64,000 nt of DNA from the NCBI RefSeq assembly GCF_004010195.1, contig NC_057756.1, forward strand, positions 6,614,788 through 6,678,787, given 5' to 3'. Below are positions 1 through 12,100 of this stretch, piece by piece. Position 1 is the first letter of the stretch. Each line of letters starts with the position of its first letter. The position numbers and the translations under genes are program-made. Below the pieces are notes generated by a model. The model ran no database searches. It was not told the DNA's origin and was given only the letters and a program-made list of their open reading frames with translations. This DNA comes from Chiloscyllium plagiosum (lineage: Eukaryota).

Positions 1-75
1 TGATATATTACCAGAGAGGAGACTCTTCCTGAGCCACGTTTCAACTTCAATCCGTCTGAGATATATTCCGCAGTG

Positions 76-121
76 ATGCAGACTGTAGCGTTCCTTTCTC
101 TCATCGTGTTACTTGACAAAG
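76..121 (+). CDS. Leader exon of the Siglec-like gene (MQTVAFLSLIVLLDK)
   Basis: ATG at 76, hydrophobic run, 46 nt ending in a phase-1 donor (AAG|gtgcag, moderate strength). Joins the V exon to give ...LLDKAVHS-SRW, a plausible signal cleavage site. Confidence 0.6.
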
Positions 122-3100
122 GTGCAGTATTATCTTTCAGAATTGCTGGATTTTGGAATAACTTACTAATGTCTGAAGCTGTTGTTGGAAATTATGGGTC
201 AGTGTGGAGGAACAGAGGGATCTGGGTGTTCAAGTACATAGATCCCTCAAAGTTGCAGCCCAAGTGGATAGGGTTGTTAAGAAAGCATATGATGTTTTGG
301 CTTTCATTAACAGGGGGATTGAGTTTAAGAGTCGCGAGGTTTTGCTGCAGCTCCACAAGTCCCAGGTGAGACCACACCCGGAATATTGTGTCCAATTCTG
401 GTCACCCTATTGTACGAAAGATAAGGAGGGTTTGGAGAGGGTGCAAAGAAGGTTTCCCAGGATGCTGCCTGGACTGGAGGGCTTGCCTTATGAAGAGAGG
501 TTGACTAAGCTCGGACTTTTCTCTCTGGAGAGAAGAAGGGAGGAGACCTGATCGAGGTATGCAAGGTAATGAGAGGCATGGATAGAGTCAATAGCCAAAG
601 ATTTTTCCCCAGGGCAGGATTGACTGGCAGGGGGGGTCATAGTTTTAAGATATTAGGAGAAAGGCATAGAGGAGACATCAGAGGTAGGTTCATTAAGCAG
701 AGCATTGTGAATGTATGGAATGCATTGCCAGCGGTGGTGTAGCCAGAGTCCTTGGGGAAATTTAAGCGACTGCAGGCATGCACATGGAGAGTAGTGAGTT
801 GAGGGGTGCTTAGATTAAGTTATTTTATTTTATGTTAGGATTAATCTGGGCAGAACATCGTGGGCCAAAGGGCCTATTCTGTGCTGTACTTTTCTATGTT
901 CTATGTCTATGTTCTATGAAATATGGTATTGGTTCAGTATATAAATATTTCTGGTTGGTATGTGAGTCTGTTAATGAACAGACACTTTCACTGGAAATTC
1001 CATATCTTGCACTTTCATTGGAGTTTATTAATTCTCAGTACATATTTCAATTTCTTCAAAAGGAACTGTTATTGTAATTTGGGGATTCCCAATGATAATA
1101 GCAGGCTATTCTGGACCTAGTGCTATGTAATGAACCAGACTTTATAAAAGATCTTAAAGTAAGGGAACACTTAGGAAGCAGCGATCATAATATGGTAGAG
1201 TTCAGTATGCAGTTTGAAAGAGAGAAGGCAAAATCAGATGTAATGGTGTTACAGTTAAATAAAGGTAATTATGAGGGCATGAGAGAGGAACTGACGAAAA
1301 TTGACTGGAAGCAGAGCCTAGCAGGGAAGACAGTAGAGCAAAAATGGCAGGAGTTTGTGGGTATAATTGAGGACACAGTAGAGGTTCATCCCCAAGAAAA
1401 GAAAGATTATCTGGGGATGGATTAGACAGCCATGGCTGACAAAGGAAGTCAGGAAATGCATCAAAGAAAAAGAGAGAGCCTATAAAGTGGCCAAGAGCAC
1501 TGGGAAATCAGAAGATTGGGAAGGCTACAAAAACAAACAGAGGATAACAAAGAGAGAAATAAGGAAGGAGAGGATCACATATGAAGGTAGGCTAGCCAGT
1601 AATATTAGAAATGATAGTAAAAGTTTCTTTCAATACATAAGAAACAAATGACAGGCAAAAGTAGACATTGGGCATTTCAAACTGATGCTGAAAGGCTAGT
1701 GATTGGAGATAAGGAAATAGCTGAAGAACTTAATAAGTTCTTTGCATCAGTTTTCACTGTGGAAGACATGAGTAATATCCCAACAATTAAAGGGAGTCAG
1801 GGGGCTGAGTTGAGTATGATTGCCATTACAAAAGAGAAAGTGCTAGAAAAGCTAAAAGGTCTTAAAATTGATAAATCTCCTGGCCCCGATGGGCTACATC
1901 CTATAGTTCTGAGGGAGGTGGCTGAGGAAATAGCAGAGGCGTTGGTTGAGATCTTTCAAAAGTCACTGGAGTCAGGGAAAGTCCCGGATGATTGGAAGAT
2001 CGCTGTTGTAACCCCCTTGTTCAAGAAAGGATCAAGACAAAAGATGGAAAATTATAGGCCAATTAGCCTAACCTTGGTTGTTGGTAAAATTCTAGAATCC
2101 ATTGTTAAGGATGAGGTTTCTAAATTCTTGGAAGAGCAGGGTCAGATTACAGCAAGTCAACATGGATTTAGTAAGGGGAGGTCGTGCCTGACAAACCTGT
2201 TAGAATTCTTTGAAGAGGTGACAAATGGGTTAGACCAGGGAAACCCAGTGGATGTGGTCTATCTAGACTTCCAAAAGGCCTTTGATAAGGTGCCACACAG
2301 GAGGCTGCTTAGTAAGGTGAGGGCCCATGGTGTTCGAGGTGAGCTACTGGCATGGATTGAGGATTGGCTGTCTGACAGAAGGCAGAGAGTTGGGATAAAA
2401 GGTTCTTTTTCGGAATGGCAGCCAGTGACAAGCGGTGTCCCACAGGGTTCAGTGTTGGGGCCGCAGCTGTTCACGTTATACATTAATGATCTGGATGAAG
2501 GGACTGGGGGCATTCTAGTGAAGTTTTCAGATGATACAAAGTTAGGTGGACAAGCAGGTAGTACTGAGGAAGTGGGGAGGCTGCAGAAGGATCTAGACAG
2601 TTTGGGAGAGTGGTCCAGGAAATGGCTGATGGAATTCAATGTAAGCAAATGCGTGGTCTTGCACTTTGGAAAAAAAAGTACAAGCATGGACTACTTTCTA
2701 AACGGTGAGAAAATTCATAAAGCCAAAGTACAAAGGGATCTGGAAGTGCTAGTCGAGGATTCTCTAAAGGTAAACATGCAGGTTGAGTCCGTGATTAAGA
2801 AACTGAATGCAATGTTGTCATTTATCTCAAGAGGGTGGGAATATAAAAGTAGCGATGTGCTACTGAGACTTTATAAAGCTCTGGTTAGGCCCCATTTGGA
2901 GTACTGTGTCCAGTTTTGGGCCCCACACCTCAGGAAGGACATACTGGCACTGGAGCATGTCTAGAGATTCACACGGATGATCCCTGGAATGGTAGGTCTA
3001 ACATACAAGGAACGGCTGAGGATCCTGGGATTGTATTCATTGGAGTTTAGAAGGTTAAGGGGAACTGAAAATGTGTTGCTGGAAAAGCACAGCAGGTCAG

Positions 3101-6100
3101 GCAGCATCCAGGGAACAGGAGAATCAACATTTCGGGCATAAGCCCTTCTTCAGGAAGGGCTTATGCCCGAAACGTCGATTCTCCTGTTCCCTGGATGCTG
3201 CCTGACCTGCTGCGCTTTTCCAGCAACACATTTTCAGCTCTGATCTCCAGCATCTGCAGACCTCACTTTCTCCTCAAGGTTAAGGGGAGATCTAATAGAA
3301 ACTTACAAGATAATACATGGCTTGGAAAGGGTGAACGCTAGCAAATTGTTTCCGTTAGGCGAGGAGACTAGGACCCGTGGGCACAGCCTTAGAATTAGAG
3401 GGGGTCAATTCAGAACAGAAATGCGGAGACATTTCTTCAGCCAGAGAGTGGTGGACCTGTGGAATTCATTGCCACAGAGTGCAGTGGAGGCCGGGACGCT
3501 AAATGTCTTCAAGGCAGAGATTGATAAATTCTTGATGTCACACGGGGAGAATACGGGTAAGTGGAGTTGAAATGCCCATCAGCCATGATTGAATGGCGGA
3601 GTGGACTCGATGGGCCGAATGGCCTTACTTCCACTCCTATGTCTTATGGTCCTATAATTTGATGAATATATTGTTGGTAATGATATCTATTGAGTGTTTG
3701 ACAATTGAGTTCACAATATTTGACTGTCATTAATTTGGTGTAGTTACAGAGTTCTTTGGAAGTCTAATCCATTTTCCTTATTTAGCTGTCCATAGTTCCC
3801 GATGGTCGCTGAAGGTTCCCTGGAATGTATCGGCAGTGAAGGGGTCAAGTGCGGAGATCCCGTGTACTTTTGATTACCCCGCCGGAGGCAGAAATCCACG
3901 GATTCTCTGGTTAAAGGGGGGTCATAAACCGGGAAGCCCAGGGGTTAGCGTTATCTACAGCAACAGAGATCCAGGTAGTGTGAGCCCTGAATATAAAGGG
4001 AGAACAGAATTGAGGGGGGACCTGACAAAGAAACAATGTTCATTGTTAATAAAACACGTAAGGAAGAGAGATGAAGGAGAGTATTACATCAGGGTGAAGA
4101 TTACTACGGCGAGGAATATACCAGACGCCAGCTCTCGCAATATTCCTGTCTCTCTCACCATTTTAGGTAGGTGTTCCATTCATTTCAGGGCTTGTACGAT
4201 GAATTGTTGCATTCCAGCATGTGATGTGGTCATTGCTGACTGGACCAACATTTATTAAATATGCATAATTTCCCTGCCAATAGAGGGAGCGATTTTTCTT
4301 CCTTAACCATGGAAACTGAGAACCCCCCACCCCACTCCACAACCCACAGTGAGGTTAGGGAGGGATTTCCAATACTTAGACCCAGTGCCTTTGCAGCTAC
4401 AGCAACCTCCCTCCAAGCCCAAGTGGTTTCGAGGGGAACTGCAGGAGTGTGCGAGGTGGCATCCCGAGTATTTGCACCCTCCCATCCTTCTCGATAGTAG
4501 AGAGCACGGGCTGGGAGTGCAGTCAGAGGGGCTTTGGTGAATTGCTGCAGTGTATCTTGTAGGCGGAGGTACACTGCTTTCAGACAAGGAATGTGGATCA
4601 AGCAGGCAGATTTGTCCAGGGTGGTGAGAAGCTTTCTGAGTGATGTTGGGATCCGCATCCATGCAGGGAGGTAGAGTGGGATCTTTGATGCTGCCTGACT
4701 TGTTGTGCTTTTCCAGTACCTGCCCTTGTAGCTACATGTTTGCATGACTAATCCAGCCAATTCCTGGCAATGGAGATCCGTTCAGTCAATGACATCCTCA
4801 GTCTCGACCTACAGACTGCTTCTGGCCTTAGCTCAATGCACAAAACGTCATTGCAACTTTCAAAACAGCAATTGGAAAGCTCAGTTCAATATTAATATGG
4901 TGTTTGCTGGGCTCAAAAAAGGATCTGCATTATGCCCGACGGAAGCATGCCCGAAAAGTCGATTCTCCTGCTCCTCGGATGCTGCCTGACTTGCTGTGCT
5001 TTTCCAGTACCACACCCTCGACTGCATGTACTTACACCCCCAGCATGTTTCCACTCGTCGAACTATCTCACAACATAATGCAGATCCTTTATTGAGCCTA
5101 GCAAACTCCATATTAATATTGAACTGAGCTTTCCAATTGCTGTTTTGAAAGTTGCAATGATGTTTCGTGCATTGAGCTAAGGCCAGAAGCAGTCTGTAGG
5201 TCGAGACTGAGGATGCCATTGACCGAACGGATCTCCATTGTCAGGAATTGGCTGGATTAGTCATGCAAACATATAGCTACATGTGCAGGTCAGAGAGAGG
5301 AATTGTGCAGCAAGTTACCGATCGCTTGACTCTCCAAATTCTGTCCACCATTGAAATTCTGGTGTTTCAAAGATCCCACTCTACCTCCCTGCATGGACGC
5401 AGATCCCAACATCACTCAGAAGGCTTCTCACCACCCTGGACAAATCTGCCTGCTTGATCCACATTCCTTGTCTGAAAGCAGTGTGCCTCCGCCTACAAGA
5501 TACACTGCAGCAATTCATCTCCTCGGGTGCTGCCTGACCTGCTGTGCTTTTCCAGCATCACGCTGTGGGCTCTGCAGCCACATCGGCAACCCTCACTTTC
5601 TCCCTGTAATTAATTGTTGTCAAAATGAGGCCATTGTCCTCACACGGTGTGTATTTCCCCCCACGAATTAACACACGGTGCCTGCGAGGAACTGTCTGCA
5701 TATGTTATATCCTGTAGCCTAAAGCGGGATGTTAAATAATCCTCCAGGATCAAAACACACTGGGGGAAGGGGTGGGGGGAGGCGGGGGATGTGAATAGTA
5801 ACAAAGCACAAGTATGTTCTTATTAATTCTGTAACTCTGAGGAAGCTTAGGCTGTAGCAGAGATCAAGAAGCAAGTGTTGCCATGCATTTATTTGTCATT
5901 GTTTGCACATCCCTCCCTAATATAGAATTTGGAATCTCTAATTCTTCTTATTTTTCCTTTCTGCTGACAGAGAAACCTCAAATCACAATCTCTGAGCTGT
6001 TCATTGCTGGAAAACCAGCTCATCTGAACTGTTCAGTCACCCATAGTTGTTCAACTTGTGATTTTGAGCTGAAATGGACACAAAGGCCGAGCCTAACTCC

Positions 6101-9100
6101 TATTCAATCACAGTCAATGAAAAGCAGGAATAATTTCGAGATTTCCTGGACTGTTTTATCAACATTCTCGTTCGTTCCATCCGCTGATGATCACGGACGG
6201 ACCCTGGTCTGTGAACTTACAGGGGCTGATGGAGTGGTGACCGGTCAAGAAACTCTTAGATTGGATGTGAGATGTAAGTCGTTGTTTTTCTTTCAGCTTT
6301 ACTTAACCATCCGATCAGTAATCAGTTTCAGATTTTGTCTCTTTTGTTCAACTCTCCTGGAAAAGTGACCTTTTTCAAACTGGAATTGGACAGTATATCA
6401 ACGACGTTATTAGACAAACGACTATAACACGTTGAACGGCCGTAATGATCAGAGTAGCAAAAGGTCAGTCTCTCCCTAAATCTATCAATCATTGGCCAGC
6501 GACCATATATGCTTCCACTGGTAAAGAAGTGGATCTATACTTTCTTTTCCCTAAATATTGTCCCTTTCATCATTAACATCTAATGTCAGAAAATAACTTT
6601 GCCCATTTTGACATGGCTAAATCAGCGTTAACCCTGAGACATTAGATTACTTACAATGTAGAAACAGGCCCTTCAGCCCAACAAGTCCACACCGCACCGC
6701 CGAAGCGCAACCCACCCATACATTTACCCCTTACCTAACACTATGGGCAATTTAGCATGGCCACTTTACCTGACCTGCACATCTTTGGATTGTGGGAGGA
6801 AACCGGAGCACCCGGAGGAAACCCACACAGACACGGGGAGAACGTGCAAACTCCACACAGTCAGTCGCCTGAGGCAGGAACTGAACCCGGGTCTCTGGTG
6901 CTGTGAGGCAGCAGTGCTAACCACTGTGCCACCGTGCCACCCACATGAGTTGGAAATGGAAAGGGAAGATTACCCTCCACCACACCGAGAAAGGCAAGGT
7001 GATCTAGTCAAGGATGGGAACCAAGCACGACCCTCAGAGTGGAGATAGACTGGTAAATGGGAAGATCAGGAGTGGTGAGACCAGAGGTAGCAGGCACTTT
7101 GTTTTTGGAATGTATAAAACCCAACGTGCTTGCCAATAACAACCCATTTTAGAGTGCAACTTCAGAATTTTTTCGAGATGACTCTCCCAAAGTTGGCTCA
7201 AAAAATAATCACTGACCTGCATCTTAAGACTCTTCTGATCATTTTGTAACATTATCCACTGCACCAATTCCATGTTCACCTAGGGAGAATAGTGAACTGG
7301 AGACTTCAATGAGTTATATGGTTCCTGTCCAACATGGGTCTGAATTGACTGAAACACAATTAAGACAACAGATGAATATTGTGACAATCCTATGGCTTTA
7401 AGAGGTACATTTACTTCCTTCTTTTATGAAGAAAGGTGCCGAGTGGTATGCTCAAAACCAATAAGGTAAACAGCCTCTGAGGCCTATTCTTTTACAAGTT
7501 GAAACAATAGAAGTGGCCTGAATGGGTGGGTTTGAGCTCGCACAGAACCAGGATTTTTAGATTTAGCTTCCAGCTATTTCTGGGTCTTGAAGATAGACAT
7601 GGAATCTGTTATTCATCTCTTTGTAACAGCCAAAAGCTGGATTTTCTTCCTGCTGCTAGAATTGCATTTGAGACATAGAGTCATAGGATCATAGAGATGT
7701 ACAGCATGAAACAGACCCTTCAATCTAGCACATCCTTGCTGACCAGATATCCTAACCCAATCTAGTCCTCCTTTCCAGCACCCGGTCCATATCCCTCCAA
7801 GCCCTTCCTATTCACATACCCATCCAAATGCCTCTTAAATGTTGCAATTGTACCAACCTCCACCACTTTCTCTGGCAATTCATTCCATACATGCAGCACC
7901 CTTTGTGTGAAAAAGTTGCCCCTTAGTCCCTTTTATATCTTTCCCCTCTCACCCTAAAGCTACGCCCTCTAGCTCTGGACTTCCCCACCCTAGGGAAAAG
8001 ACTTTGTCTATTTATCCAATTCATTTCCTTCATGATTTTATAGATCTCTATAAGGTCATCCTCAGCCTCCAGGGAAAACAACCCCAGCTCATTCAATCTC
8101 TTTCCTATAGCTCAAATTCTCCAACCCTGGCAACATCCTTTTAATCTTTTCTGAACCCTTCACGTTTCATAATATCCTTCCAATTAGAAGGAGACCAGAA
8201 TTGCAGGCAATATTCTAAAAGTGGCCTAACCAATGTCCTGCACAGCTGTAACATGACCTCCCAGCTCAGATACTCAGGCGTACAAAGTTAAAACTCACAC
8301 AACGCCAGGTTATAGTCCAATAGGTTTATTTGGAAGCACTAGCTTTTGGAGCGCTGCTTCTTCATTGGATGATTGTGGAGAATAAGATCATAGGATGCAG
8401 AATATATAGAAAAATGTTGCTGTAAATTCTGTGTCCTATGATCTTATACTCCACATCACCTGATGAAGGAGCAGCACTCCAAATGCTAGTGTTTCCGAAT
8501 AAACCTGTTGGACTATAACCTGGTGTTGTGTGACTTTTAACTCTGACCAGTAAAGGGAAGCATACAAAATGCCTTCTTCACTATCGTATATACCTGCATC
8601 TCTACTTTCAAGGAGCTATGAACCTGCACTTCAAGGTCTCTTTGTTAGCAATAGGAACTTATCATTAAGTGTATGAGTCCTGCTCAGGTTTACTTTCCCA
8701 AAATGCAACACCTCACATTGATCAATCTATTTTATTGAATTGCCCTTGCCGAGGGTGTGTTAATGGGATGTTACAGTACTGGAATGGTAATTAATAGTAT
8801 TTAGTATATATACTATTTTGTTAAGCATTCTGATAGATTTACACTTACACCAATCCCTTTCTTTTTGTTTATTTTGACTGTATTTTAACTGTAGTGTAAA
8901 GAGAAAGTATGTTGTATTTAAAGTCAAGTAGTTTGGCCAATCAAATTGCATCTGGAACACAACCTCTTGCACTTACTTTTCAAATACGAAAAGCGTTCTT
9001 ATTATACTTTAAGGGGATTTGATCTGGTCTAGAATGATATTGGTGGTGCCATTCATTTCCTCCAGAAATTAACTGACTAACTTCTGACTTTGCACCCGTA

Positions 9101-12100
9101 GGAATTAAATGCTGATAAATAGAATCCTGTATTTTGCTTTGTTTTAGATAAACCTAGAGTTTATCAAATCCGAGTTGCACCAGAGAGAAGAATGGGATGT
9201 CTTGTATCTGTAGAGTCAGAGCCAACCCCCCAGCAAATTTCACATGGAATCTCAGTGGCAGAAACATCATAGAGAACACTTCAGATGTTACAGTTCATTC
9301 TTGGACGATGTACAATAGGCTGCTTCAGAGTTCGCTGACATTGACTCACCCAGCAGGATTAGAAAAACTAATGTCATGCATAAGAGGGAACGAGTAGGGC
9401 ATTAGTATCAGCAGATACCAACTCAATTCAACAGTTACTCTCGCAATGCATTGCATTTTAATTACTGCAGACAGTTAATCCCATCACGAACACAAATGTA
9501 ATCCTAATGGCAAAGCCAGTGAGTATATTTACTTTCTCCCAAGAAATATTTCATTCATGCTGATTTGTTGGCCCAAATCTTCAGTTTTGCTTAAACAAAA
9601 CATTTGTTCAAACAGAAGTCCAAAGAACTGGGGATGCTGGAAATTGCTGTGAAAACTCAGCAGGTCTGTCAGCATCTGTGGAGAGAAAGTGGACTTCAGT
9701 TTCTTGTCCAGTGACCCTCCTTCAGAACATTTTCCCTGATATTTGATCATGCACAAATCAGGTCAAATTTCAAAAATGGCAAATTTTAGGAGATAACCCA
9801 ATTATTAAACTGTCTGATGGAAAGTGCTAATTGGTTGCCAAATGGAGTTTGATTGGCTGCGATGTTGCCTTATAGAATGTACCAGTTAGTGTTAACTGAC
9901 AGTTAATTAATAAACCCTGTTTAAATTTTGAAACAGGCAAATGTATTCTGATTGGTCATGACATTTAAGAGACAAATTAACTATTTTGCTATCTATTTGA
10001 TTGTCTAGTGTGTTCGGTTGCTGGCTAAAAATGATCTACATTTGATTTCTACAAATCTAATTACATTTCTCTTTTTACTTTCCATTTTAAAATGAAAACT
10101 ATAATGTAAGATGTATATTATGAATCCATAATAATAATTTTAACAAGTGAAAGGACAGCTTAATTAAGAGCCAAATAAAATTGGCTTTGTATTAAGATGT
10201 CTTTGAAGCATATAAAAACAGCTAGTTGAGTGCCACTTATCTCTTGAGTACAACATTAATAGATTTTTGGAGTTCAGTGAGTAAGCGAGTTATGAGGAGG
10301 AAGGGAAGGAGGCGTTCTGTTGGTTTTACTTTAACCTAAACTTTTCCAGCCTCAGGAATGCATTTTACTCTGCTAATAAGGAGATATAGCTATTTATTTT
10401 ATGTAGACAACTAATGACAGATAGAGTCCTAGAGTCATAGAGATGTGCAGCATGGAAACAGACCCTTTGGTCCAACCCGTCCATGCCAACCAGATATCCC
10501 AACCCAATCTAGTCCCACCTGCTAGCACCCGGCCCATATCCCTCCAAACCCTTCCTATTCATATACCCATGCAGATGCCTTTTAAATGTTGCAATTGTAC
10601 CAGCCTCTACCACTTCCTCTGGCAGCTCATTCCGTACACGTACCACCCTCTGCGTGAAAAAGTTGCCCTTTAGGTCTCTTTTATATCTTTTTCCTCTCAC
10701 CCTAAACCTATACCCTCTAGTTCTGGACTCCCCAGCCCCAGGGAAAAGACTTTGTCTATTTAACCTATCCATGCCCCTCCTAATTTTATAAACCTCTATA
10801 AGGTCACCTCTCAGCCTCCGACGCTCCAGGGAAAACAGCCCCAGCCTGTTCAGCCTCTCGCTTCAGTTCAAATCCTCCAACCCTGGCAACATCCTTGCCA
10901 ATCTTTTATGAACCCTTTCAAGTTTCACGCAATCACTGAAATGAGGTATTCATAAAATGTTTTTGAGATTATATCTGGGAACAGCGAGAGAATAGTTTAT
11001 AGTAAACGTGATATCGTACAATTCTTAATTTGGCTTGACAACAGCACCCTTTGGTGGTGAACACCACTGTTATTATCTCTTGGCATTTAAATTGTTGTCA
11101 GTGATAATTTCATTAACTTCTCCAGTTAGTTAAATAGAATACACTCCACAATCTAGACATTATGTGTGGATGATTGCAATTATGACCATATGAATCTGCT
11201 CCATTTCTTCAGATGAACCCACAATAGTATTTGATCTGAAGTGCACAAGTGCCAAGAATGAGACTTCATGTATCTGCATTGACAGAGCCAATCCCCCAGC
11301 AAACATCACATGGAACATCAGTGGGAAAAGCATCGCAAGGAACACTTCAGATATTATAGTCTATTCCTGGATGAAGAATAATGGTCTGTTTCAGAGCTCT
11401 CTGACATTGACTCACCTAAATGGATCTGAAGAGCTGATTTTATGCAGGGCAGAGAACGAAAATGGCGTTAGTGTCAGGAAATACCAGCTCAATTCAACAG
11501 GTACGTCCTAATTTCTTTATATTTCACTCATGGGATGTGGGCATCTCTGGCCGAGCCAGCATTTATTTGTCCATCCGTAGCTGCACTTCAGAAGGTGGTG
11601 ATGGGCTGCCTTCTTGAACAACCATGCTGTAAATACACCTTGAATTCCATTCAAGAGTGATTTCTAGATCTTTGACTCAGCAACACTGAACTAATGGTGT
11701 AGCCAAATCAAGATAGTGAGGAAGTTGTAGATAGATTTGCAGGCAGTGTGGTCCCATGAATTTGTGCAGTTGTCCTTCTAGATGGTAATAGTCATTGGGT
11801 TTGGAAGGTGCTGGCTAAGAAACCTTGTCAATGCTACACACTGCTGCTACTGAGCGTCAGTAGTAGAGGGAGTGGGTGTGATGCCAATCAAGTGGGATAC
11901 TTTGTTCTGGATGGGTTCAAGGCTATTGAGTTTTGTGGGAAGCTGCACTCATCCAGGCAAGTGGGGCGTATTGCATCACACTCATGACTTGCTTTGTAGG
12001 TAGTGGGCTGGCTTTGGCAAGGCAGGAGGTGATTACCCAATGCAGTATTCCCAACCTGTTGATTGTCCTTGCAGCCTCTGTATTTGTTTGGCAAATCCAG

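Noticed and set aside
1648..2964. 438-aa reverse transcriptase ORF as a functional or domesticated gene
   Set aside because: Part of a 5'-truncated CR1 LINE with frameshifts, a premature stop and a nested insertion.
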